A stretch of DNA of 64,000 bases, from positions 37,138,001 through 37,202,000 of the forward strand of contig OZ004607.1 in assembly GCA_963924565.1 (NCBI GenBank), read 5' to 3'. This document shows positions 25,501-37,500 of this stretch, piece by piece (positions within the stretch are counted from its first letter, which is position 1; each line of letters starts with the position of its first letter). A model generated the notes under the pieces. That model was not told where the DNA came from and searched no databases. It was given only the letters and a program-made list of their open reading frames with translations. Both the position numbers and the translations under genes were made by a program. This stretch comes from Ascidiella aspersa. Taxonomy: Eukaryota.

Positions 25501-28500
25501 ACAACACGATTAGATGGGAGGAATTTCCGCGCCATTCAAGCGGCAGGCTCAGTCCGCCACCGCAGCCACTTACACACGACTTACATCGTTACTGATGTTG
25601 TTGTTTGATGTATACGCTTGCCGTGTGTTTGGCTTACCGCCACCCACGAGTTGAGAGGCGTGTAGCCTCGCCTAACGGAAAGAGGGCGCTTCCCACAGAA
25701 ATGTGGAGGGAATGAGCAACCTCTGTGCCTGTGTAGGGAGGTTTCTAGAGATTCAAGTCGTGTTTGCCCGCATTCCTATATTTACCGCACGTCAGGCAAA
25801 CGTAAACTTAGCAGGGTTTTCCCAAAGTTTGGGCGACATCAATTTATTAGTTCGTTTCTTGGGCTTGTCTGGGCGGCTTAATGTCAACACAACACGAGGG
25901 GAAATTGCAGTGAAGAACAAATATATTTTTAGTTTTTTAGTAAAGTTTTCACGCCTACGCAATGCGAAAACAATTTTAAGTACAATGTTGCTTAAAACAT
26001 GGGCTAAATTGAATCGCTAAACACTTTTAATCAATTAGTTTCGCTTCGAACAAAAGGTTTTTTTTTACGAGAGTCTATCAACAACTAAAATCAACGAGAA
26101 AAAATTACCCTTGGAAAAATAAACGCAATGTGTATTGGAGAGAAGCACACAACAGCCAATAATCCTTTTAATTTTACACCAAAAAACACCACCTAGCTTA
26201 ATTACGATCAACTGTAAACAGTCTGTGGACAAAGATTTTATTTTATTATAAGCAATTTAAAATCTTCACAGAAGTAGTTACTGTTTTGCCAGTGGGAATT
26301 TTAAAGTTGGTAGTCTTAGTTACAAGCGTACACGTCTAAATAAACGCTTAAAGCAAAAATTTTCAAGTGCCTGTAGGATGTTCCCAACGGCTATAACATA
26401 CGCGAATGATCGGTGTTTGTTATCTAAAAATCTCATTCTCAAATATACACGCTAGGGATGTCTGGTACTTCCCATATTTTTTTCCAAAGAGTATCGCGAT
26501 ATGATCAGATACCAAATGACGTGATTACTATGGTAAAACAAGCAAAAGAGATGAAAAGTTAACGTTCAAAGGATTTTTTTCAGGCTAATAGGTCAAAGTT
26601 TTTTTTTTTTTGCGTGTAAAAGTTAGCTACCTCATGATGTCAACCTACAGCCTTTAAAAAACTTATTTTCAAGGTAGGAATCGCTGCATTGGATGACAAA
26701 TTATGACTGAAGCACCTATATTAGTTTGGTATCGGATCGGCACCGATACCAGTAGTATAGTATCGGTTGAGTACCGATACTACCACTTGGCACCGGGTAT
26801 ATCTTACATCCCTAACAACAAACGCTAGCAACTTCTATACGGGCTTTGATATTTGTTCAACGCCCTACGCAGATATAATCCTTCGCTTGCGGCGAGAGAC
26901 ATTATATTAGTCGGTAAGTTAAGAAGGAACATGGGGTTATAATCCCTATCGCCGTGACGAGGTCGCCATATGCCAGACTGTTGGTTACACTTCCCTGCTG
27001 TTAGCCACTATACTCCCCCGGGGTCTGATGCGTCCTGCTGCTCCTAAACGCAAAGATGGCCGATTGGCCGCCTATGGCCGCCCGCAGCGCCCCGCTTTGC
27101 TATGACGTCATTGTGACGTCATTACGCGATCGTGGCTTGCGATATTTGATGATACCGGAACGAAGCTGGTGCGTAACTTATGAAGCCATTTATCGGTGAT
27201 TATTGCATAATCTCCTATTCAGTTAGCGCTTTTTTGACACTTTAGGGATATTTTTTTTTAATAACAGAGTGTAACCTGATTTTCAATGTGTTTTATTTCC
27301 TTTGACAGTTTTATCTATTTTAAATGTACTTTAGAACGCCAAGATTGTCACATTTTAGGTCTATATAATTCATTTAAAAAGAAGTTCTTAACAGGACACT
27401 AAAAACGCCACAAAGCAGAATATTTGGTGTAAACGGAAATTCAATTGATTTAGAATTCGGGCACACACGCAACTCACAAATTAGATAGGAATCAGAATCA
27501 TCAAAATATCGCCCTAATTTGTCGAACTAGGCTTTTTCCGAGTTTGGATCATACTACAGTAGTAAAAACTGGGTCGTCGTAGCAAGACGGGTTCACACAT
27601 AAGAGCATAACTATGCCGTTTGGCGTCCAAGCTATGGCGTTGGACCTCTCTACACTATAAGGCGATATAGCTGAACGCAGGGGTCAGTAAATGGTCGGTG
27701 AATGACCAATTAGCCGTTCGGATCGTAAAATTCGCGACCCGCGTTAAACGCACGTGTTTTTATTGACCACTAAAACACCGTGAAGGTCGGCGGTCGTGCT
27801 TTAGCGCTCCAACTATCGCACGATACGGTCGTTTGCGTGTGGCGTATAATTGTTTTGGGCGATGGGCACGCTGCTTACGAGACGCAAAATGTAAGGGTTT
27901 AACATGGTGTCTGTGCGGTTATTTACTGTAATCTAGCACTACTAAAATAGCACTGAACAATTTGCTACTGCATACTGCTTTTAAGTTTAAGCCATGTAAT
28001 TCTTATATTTATAGTAAATATTCTGTGATCCAGCCCTGCTTAAGTAACACAGACCAAACATTACGGCATACTGCTCTTGCAGTCATTTATGTTTCCGAAA
28101 AGATTTTTAACGTGGAAAATATACATAAATAGTTTCACATAAAACTTTTCAAATTTAAAATAATGATTACGCCCATGCGTAAGGATACGATCTACAGTGT
28201 GTTTAAAAACAAAAACCTTAATGTTGTAGACTGTTAACCTATAGACGCTTCAAAAATGAAACTAGTTTTTACCATTTGAAGTTCAATTGAACTTCGTGCC
28301 TGGGTTGCTTATTTGCTAAAGTGGAAAAACTTGAAAACGATTTGGCCGCTAATAGCAAATATACAGCTTATTGTGTGGTGGAAAACAGTTCTCATAACGC
28401 AATTTCCAGGTGCATAAACATTGCCGCGACCACAATCTATTAATTATATATCGAAGCTAATTTTTAAATTGCCTGTGCATCCTGAATTGCCATTTTGTCC

Positions 28501-31500
28501 GAGGGCGTTTTTTGTTTTTGTTTTTAGTTTTGGCCATGAGAATAAATATTAGGTCTAAAGAGTGTCCAATACGGAAGTACCAATCTTTGTTTTAATTTAA
28601 ATTTAACAATTTGGTAATTACAGACAGTTGTACTCTTTTCGAAAAGGAAAATTGAAAAACAATAATTTTAGTTACAATCTCATTTTTAATTTGTGGAAAT
28701 TCGTATATGACTATTAATTAAAATTATCAGCCAAAAAAAATAAAAAATAAATCTAGCTGTTCAAGTCCGCCTAAAGTGGCCAATTTTGACAGGCAGCAAA
28801 ATCCCTATGTGTACGTTACGATTAGGCGCGGACCTAACAAAGCGATTTGCCAGCTAAGGTCGGTTTAAGTCACGCACTGAGCGGCTATTTCGGGCAAATG
28901 CGACCTTCCATGGTTCATTTGCAAGAAGGCGGTCAATCGCCTTTTGCAGCTTGCGGCTGTTGACAGGATTTCGCGCAGAAATGCCAAGAATTTGCGCTTT
29001 AATCGCTCGGTTAGCAGAAACAACACATGGAGCACGCTTGCTTGGCGAGCTGATAAACTGTTGAGTTTGACAAAACACCACATCTATCACGGGCGGGGTG
29101 GCTACCTACTAACCAACTATAGCGGCACAATATTCAATATAAATAGTATGGTAAATTTTGGAGCATAATGGTTACAGGTTGTAAGACGTAATAAGAATAT
29201 CAAAGCGGAAACAGAATCAATATAGAAAATAAATATAGTAATGTAGCATAATACACGAGGACAGGGGTTCTTGCAACTTTCTTAGCAGCTTTCTGGTGCG
29301 TGGGGATCAGGGCTGGCATGAATTTTTTAGAGATAACGCAATAAATTAACGTCATACAACACGTAGACTTAACAACCTGTTGTGCACGGTCCAACAAACG
29401 TAAAAAAATTTATTTGGTTTAAAATATATTTAAAGAGAAGGCGCTAAAGCGTAGTTTTCAATTCAACTTTTTTTATTTCAATTTATTCCATTTTTCAAAT
29501 TATACACCAAAATTTTCAATACGACTCCATGGACCTTCTAAAACAATTCCATGTACCCCCAAGCGGTACACGTACACCAGTTTAACAACCCCTTGTCTTA
29601 ATATCCTGTTGCAAAGATATGTCATATAATTCACATATCTTTGATAAAAAAATGTGATATAAAATAAGGTCAGTTGAAAAGTCCATTAGGGCCTTAAAAA
29701 CGTTTAAAAAGCGGTCCCATATTAACTGTCTTGAATTAGCGCCGCAATTTTGGCCTAAAACATCGAAATTTCTCAGCGTCAGCATATTTGTCGTTTTATT
29801 GGCGGGATCTCGCTTCATTTCCTGGTAATTCGAGAGTGGAATTGCGACGCACGGCGTCTTGATTGACGACAATGTGGTATGATTTGAAGCTAAAGCTCGC
29901 CCTAAACCACGCTGTACTTCCCGTTATGCGACTTGCGATATGCGGACAAATTGCTATGGCTGTATAATATATATATATATATATAGCTGATAGAATGACA
30001 GCAAAAAGTCGGACGCGGATTTTCAATACAACGTTATGTATCGACGCAATTTATCATATGTAAAGAAAATGGTATGAAGCTTTGAAAGGTAAAAAAACGT
30101 TTTTTTTTAATTCAGCTTTTAGAATTACCCTTTTTTCCCTCACATTTTAGAGCAAGAACCTCCCAATACCATTTTCGTCCTTGTTTTTCAAAACGGCGTA
30201 TTTTCTAGCATCATTTTTACTCTTTAATTGATTTTTGCGCGAAAAACCTCAAAACCACCATTTAAGTCATGTTTCTTTTAAAAGCGTAGTTTTTAGCATC
30301 AATTTTTTTAATTTTTAGTATTTTATTTTACTTTTTTTTTTTTTTAGTATTTTATTTTACTTTTTAAGTATTTTATTTTACTTTTTAACCCAACAAAACT
30401 AGCGAAGAGGCGGAATTTCTTTATCCAGTTGGCGAAAAAATGTATTTAATGGACTGTGTAGAACCGAAGAGCGGTCGCATAAGGCGGGCTTGTCGAAAGC
30501 CTTCAATTCGCTCGTGGTCGACTTATCCGGTGCCTTTTGCGAGCAGCCAATGTCAAGAGTGTTGTGTGTTTATACAAGCGTATTGTGCTTAGAAACCAAA
30601 CTCGATGTAGACGCCTAAGCCACCACACACCATCACAGGCACGAATGGCGGCTGTGGAGCGTTGAGTGATGGCACGGAATGAGATGCAGCGCTGCTGCTG
30701 CTGGATTTTGGCTGCCTAAGCCTTCTGGTTGTAATCGTTTGAATGTGTTTTTTGCTGGAGTTTTTTTTTGGCGTCTTACGCGCGAACGCCAATTAAAGTT
30801 AAGGGTTGCTATCGCTGCTTTGATTTCGCTAATCTTTATATTTTTTTTCCACAAAAGTTTGTAATTTAATCGTTCCCAATCAAGTATTTTAGCAAGCTTA
30901 CAAAAAGAGCAAAAATTAAAACCACTAAAACCGAAATATCTGTCTAGACCTTTTGAGTATTAAAAACTACTCCCTGGTTAAAAAACAAACACTCCTATAA
31001 ATCTTTTAGCAAATATATTAGGTCATATTTGTACGACACCTATATAGTCTGTTGTACATTGCACTGTTAAGCAATGTTAAATCAACATAGGCCGATCAAT
31101 CAATTTTACAAGGCGCCCAGGCGCTTTTTACCTTTCTGTTAAATCGTTTGTTCAACCTCAGCGACACGAAATGACTGAAAAAGCGATCCTGTCGTGTTGG
31201 GGGAGGATGTTAGCTGTGGTTTAAACATTGTTGCGTTTGTTATAATGATCTAACTATTAACGGCGCGGTTCCTTAAACTGTTTTTCGCCACCACCCGGAT
31301 AGTAAGCGTAAGTGTAAATGCAAAAGCCTTGGCTATCCAATTCTCTTCAGGTCAACATACCGTAAGACAATAGCATTAATAAACTCGAATTAAATTGACA
31401 TGAGGTTTATGTCGCTAAAACTGTTTGCTTTATATTCATTTGAGCTGCAAATAATTAACCCAAAGACGTAATTTGATAATTATTTTGACAAATGGGTGAT

Positions 31501-34500
31501 AGCCAGTTTCGACCGCTGAACGACACAAAATTATCCCGTAAATCTATAAGTATATATTGCTTTGGATGACTCTTGGCGCTTATCGCATACTTAAGCGACG
31601 TCTAGAATTATTAATTTTAATCTACAGTTTTTTTTAAGTTTTTACTTCTCAGTATATAAGATGGCTAACGCACTCTCGTTTTAATTATTAACCCTTATGA
31701 GGTCAGCTGGTATCTGCTGCCGAAACGTGAGGTTATACTTCGTTTACACCAGAAGAGCGATTTCTATCCATTGATATGTTGCCTCGTGGAGCTAACTCTA
31801 TTTTTTAAGTATATATTGCTTGTTCATTAATTCGCGTGACTTGATTTATTATTTTTCAAGGGTGAACGACATTAAAAGGTTAAGAACTACTGGATTATAT
31901 TTTATCTCCCTATACTGTGTTACATTTTTCGGTCATCAATAACCATTTTTTCTCTCTTTTAGAATATTTTCAGCAAAAGAGCAATTACGTGAAGTGATAA
32001 AAAAACAGTCATTTCGCAAATTTGGCTCTGACACTTCGTTTCCCAATAGTTATTACTCTAACGATATGAATCTGACATGGTTACGTTACTTCCGTCTTCT
32101 TTACCCGACTCGAGATTAGTTTGTGTTTTGGTTTACCGCCAAGTTGCGCGACACATGTCCGCCGCACGCGACTTGCGACACAAATTCGCCGACACACGCG
32201 ACAAACGACACGGTTGCGACAGAGCGTTCAGCGTCCGACGCTATTTTTACCCATGCGCCTATACCCGCTTAAATTACACAGGAAAATGGGGTTAGCTTAG
32301 GGGTAAAAAAGGGGGCGGAACCTTAACCCCATTTGTACCTGGGTGGGCGCCCCCGGGGCAATCGAGCGTCACGGGGACCGGAACGGCGCCTCCCAAAGCG
32401 ACATAATCTGTTTGCTTGCCGCGGATCTGGTTAAACTGCGGCGTAAGCTGATCTCCCGGGCCGGGCGCCGTTTCTCTATTTTGCGGGCGTTGGGAGAGCG
32501 AATTCCCGCAGAGTGATTTCACGCTGCATTGGAGCCTTGCAATCCCACAACAAGCTAAGGAGGGAGATTAGACGCGGTCGTTTGGCCAATTCTCACCTCG
32601 GTTCGCGCCGCCGCCAAGCTTTTAGCGACCCAAACGGTGTGAGAGCTAGCTAGACGCGTGCTAAAAAGAGCTTCATGCATGGGGTAACGCTGTTTGGGGG
32701 TAATTCGAGCCCTAAGGGGGTCTAGGGGTGAAGGATGCGCACTTTGCGCGATGGGGAGCCGCGATAAGGCCCTCGATTGCGTCACAATAGACCGCGGGAC
32801 GAGGAAGCGAACGGGCTGTTTAGCACGTAAGACGAAGGGTAAGTTGATGCTTTTCAAATATTGGAGCATAATGGTTGACAGTTGTACAAGGATATCAAGG
32901 CCGTATATACAAGTAGGTAACATTCTTTCAAGTTTTATAAAGCATTGTGCATTCATAAAGTGATATTGGTTTAATATTTTAAGCACATTGGACGAAATGT
33001 CTCATACATGTATAGGTAAGATTGTTACCAGTAAAACAATGTTCGTTTTCAAGACTATAATTTAATTTTTTTAATATCAAAACCCATATAACCTTGTTTT
33101 GGATTTGTTATATAAGAATAATACCTTTGTCTGAACTAATTCCATTCGCGATTTTTTTTTTCATTTCATTGCATTTTATTCAAATTCGTTTGCGTTTAGC
33201 TAAGAAGTTTCAAACCACTTGTGGCCAGGAACAGGATATTTAAAGCACGGAAAATCAAAACATCAACGTTTGAATATTTTATCCCTAACAAATCGGTATT
33301 GATTGGAAATTACCAAATTAAGCCACATATATTCCCACGGGAAGAATGCATGCAAATTCGAAGTGGATTGAGGCCATTAACTTAAGCCAAGAATCCCAAG
33401 ATGCAAGTATCCTATTAAGATTTCGTCACGGATCTGACTAAAAAGCGTCACAATATCGGAACGTTTCTTAGAAGGCCGGTAAATTTTGCGGCTAATAAGC
33501 TTGGCAAAGATCACTTCCTGTATTTGCGCATCACTAGAGTCCTAGTTCGGATGTTAAAGCGGACGATGTGACGCACCATAAACGCACGCTAATCACATTA
33601 GGCTTTAAGCAGTGTTTCCCAACGCATTGGTCGCTAAAATTGCGCAAGCAATACGAAGATTGCTACTTTCAAATTAAGTCAAGTATACACCAGTAAAAAA
33701 TAGAGTTAGCTCTACCAGGCAACATATCAATAGATGGAAATTGCTCTTCTGGTGTAAACGAAGTATAAACCGACGTTTCGGCAGCAGATACCAGCTGACC
33801 TTTATACTTCGTTTACACCGAGAAGAGCAATTTCTACCTATATACACCAGTAAGTTCGGGACAAACGAAGTTTTACAGAAAAAGTAAAAAATCTTTGAAG
33901 TCTTAGAATTAAAAAGTCTCTAAAACACCTCATGTGTTTCCAAAAGTTTGGATTTTTTTTGTGTCTAGCTTATGTTAATTATTTTGCAAATCCGATGGTT
34001 AAAGCCGCTCGAACAACCCCCCAAGACCCCCCCCCCCGCATTCTGCCTCGTGTCGCGTATTTTTAGCGCGCAAATCGAGTGTCGCACTCAGGGGTTCTTA
34101 AAGGCGCTTGGGGCGGCCACTGGAGTCTGTGTAGTGGCGTGTTGAGTGGCCTTCGAGGGTTGGCACTCGAGCGAGTAATAAGCGATGACTTGCAAGCTCA
34201 TCTTGGCTGCTGCTATCGATGCTGTAAGGCTTTGCTTTACACAAAGTAAAGTACTATCAGTGCCTTCTCTTTATGTTGAAAATTAATAAAGAGTTTTTCG
34301 AAACGTTTAAAATGTTACCTACTTTTGTATGGGCTCTCATATTCGTATTACGTCTTACTACAACCTCCAACCATTATGCTCCGAAGATTTTAAACTATAT
34401 TTAAACAAAACTTCTTCTTATTACAATAGTTTATTTTGTTTTTGACGATGGAATTTTCAAGTGAATTTTGAATGAACAAAGAATTATTCAAAACGTTTAA

Positions 34501-37500
34501 AATCTGCTACCTATTTCTGATGGGCTTTGATGTTTATTATACGTCTAACTTGAACCTTCAGTCATTTGCCTACGGTAAATCATTTTTGCAGGTTAAATTT
34601 TTGAATCTAGTTACAGCGGTCAGGTCACATTAATAAAAAGTTAGCCTTCCAATTATCTGCAAGCAAGTGAACGGCCTTGTATCCCATCCTTGGAAATATT
34701 AAGTCTTTCAATTTTAACTTCTGTTGCGCTGTGCAGCAGTGGAGCTGGTTAAAGTGCTTAACGAATGTGTATTGGTGCGTTCCCGCAGGATTAATAATAA
34801 TCTCGGTTTTCCGGTCGCAAGAGGCAAAGAGAGGACGCTCTTATCAAAGTGCGGATGCTTTCAATTGAAAAGCAATCATTGCGTTTCTTAGATCACCGCG
34901 ATCGTGTTTGAAAACTACGCTAAGATGATAACACGTTACGCTATACAGTGTTGTGTTTTCTGTGAAGTACTAAAGTAATTTCGAATCTCCTCACAAGCTT
35001 ATGACTAGTTGTTTTAGCATTGGCGTGTATGGAATTCCTTAAAATCCCAAGTTATTTTGGCAAGCCTTTCAAAGAAACCCAGTGTGCGACTGAAACATGG
35101 ACCGTTATCATAATTCTTATCGATTTCAGTAGAATGAAATACATGTATACAAACGGATACAATACCAAACTGCTTTCACGAATTCTACCGGTGTATTATC
35201 GGAATGGGTCTGTTTTTACATTGGCCAGTACGATGTCAAACTAACAAGTTATCAGTTATACAAGTCTGTGCAAAGAGTTCCGATTTTTTGTGAAGAAAAT
35301 TCAGAAATAACTTCTACACATTGGAACATAATGGCGAGAGGTTATTAGTTAGACACAGTAGTAAGAATATCAAAGTCCACACAAAGTAAAAACATTTTGT
35401 GAACGTTTCGAATAAGTCTTAATGGTTGGAGGTTTTAGTTAGGGGCAGTAGTAGGAATATTATAGCCTATACAGAAGTAAGCAGCATTTTGCAACGTTTC
35501 GATTATATAACTATTGTTAAAAATGAATAAAGATATATTTGAAACGTCACCTTCTGTAAATGCTTTGACATTCCCTTTACGTCTAACTTCTACTTACATA
35601 CGACTCAATCGTTTAGGAAAGCGCAAACAAGCGACAATCGAAAGTAAATGTCCACTTTGCAACATTTCCAAGTAGCAATCTGCTCCATAAACACCAGTGG
35701 CGCTTGTGCACGTGTTTCCAACATCAAAAGCTACAGCGGTCGGCAATTACCGGCAGAAAAAAACGCGACCGGATAGTTGACCGCAGCCTACGTACATTAA
35801 ACGGCCGCAGCCGACGCTTAGTTAGCAGCTGAAGAGCTAAACGAGCACCAAAAGGCCAAGGAAGCTTTCAAGGCGGAATTCGCTGGCTCAAGTGCTCGCT
35901 AAGAGCCCTCGAAACACGAGACGATAAGGCTTATAAAGGAGGGATGGCGATTTGCGTGGAACGCTGGCGATTTGTGCTCTACTTCCGATATGGAAGGGAG
36001 CTTAAGCTTTGGCTGTGACCTAGTTGTAGCGCCTAGCGCAGTGGCTCTCAACCTTTTATGGCTTAAGACACTCCTCAAAAATAATGGATTTTCGGAACAC
36101 CGATGGGGATTTTCGTTCAGTATTTTACTGAAATGTCACTATAAATGGAACTGGAACAACACAATCAACTTAAAACATGTAGGAAATGTCATTTGATATA
36201 ATGGTCTCTAATCGTACACAAATAGTCGTATCAAAAAGCTTACCAATTGAGCAAAATTCAGATTCTTAAAAATTCTCAAATACCTATCGGCACCCTTTAG
36301 CATTAGAAATAGCACACTAGGGCGCCGCCGTACACGATTGAAAACCACTGTGTTAACATGATCGCCGTTTGAATGCTGTCGATTTGAGAAGCTTTATGAT
36401 CACCGCCTATTTTTTTAGGGTGCGAAAACGCGTTTCAAGTTGGGAAAAACGAGTAGCAGGTATTTCGGCAAGTCCTGGACCAATTATTACATTGTTTTGC
36501 AATTTTTAACTTAATAATTTAAGTCTGATAAAGTGGAAAGGTATAACGTATAACGCAAAAATAAACGCTTTAAACAAGACAAAAGCAGTTTGTCGATAAT
36601 TTAAATAGCAAATTCCTTTTTTAGTTTGTAAAAAAACAAAAAAAAAATTATAGAAAATATAACAAAAAAAAAACAAAAAAAATGGGGTCAAGGCCTTTAC
36701 GTCATTTCTTACAAATGTAACAACATTTTTACAATTAACAAACAATAACACATCCAATTCGGGAAAAAGCCACAGAAAAAAACAAGACAGAACCGGTTTT
36801 ATAAATCAGTAAGTATAGCAAATGTCCACCAATGTTAAAATACAGTTCAAGTATTAAGGTTGCGCGGTTTTGCGCGGAACGTCTGCGATTAAATCTACTT
36901 CCGAAAAACGGCAGTTGTAACATACAGTGGTAGTAGCGATTATCTCGCTTTGAGTGCGACCTGCCAGCTGTTTATCTCGGTCGCACCATTTGGGGTAAAA
37001 ACTACATCAGTGCGCTTAAAGACTGCTTGAGAGCGATGATAAGATTGCCGCGCCCGTTACGCCACCACTTATTTCAACCTGACTTTGTGCATTTTTACCA
37101 TCTGATCTAACTGAAACATTCATAATACATTACACACAATGTGTATTCTGTTATCAAGCCCTTCTGGTGTAGCACTGGCCATCGATAACGGCAACCATGA
37201 ATAGTTCACAAGGTGCCTTCCAAGAGGCTTACCGAAATCATTCAGATTGCAGTGCAAGATTGTAATTTTTACCATGTACAGCTGGATTGCTTTTGGCTAC
37301 TTTATTCTTTTTAGTGCTATTTTGGCAAATCTCATATAGACTTAAGGTAACGAAAATCGACCGATTGTTGCCTTGACTATACAAGCTTAATTTCTTTATG
37401 GAAGCGAAACAACGTGTGATTTCGATCTAAGATGTTAATTAGGACTTCATGGCCCCCCTCAAAATATTTCATGTACCCCAAAGGGGTCTACGGACCCCAG

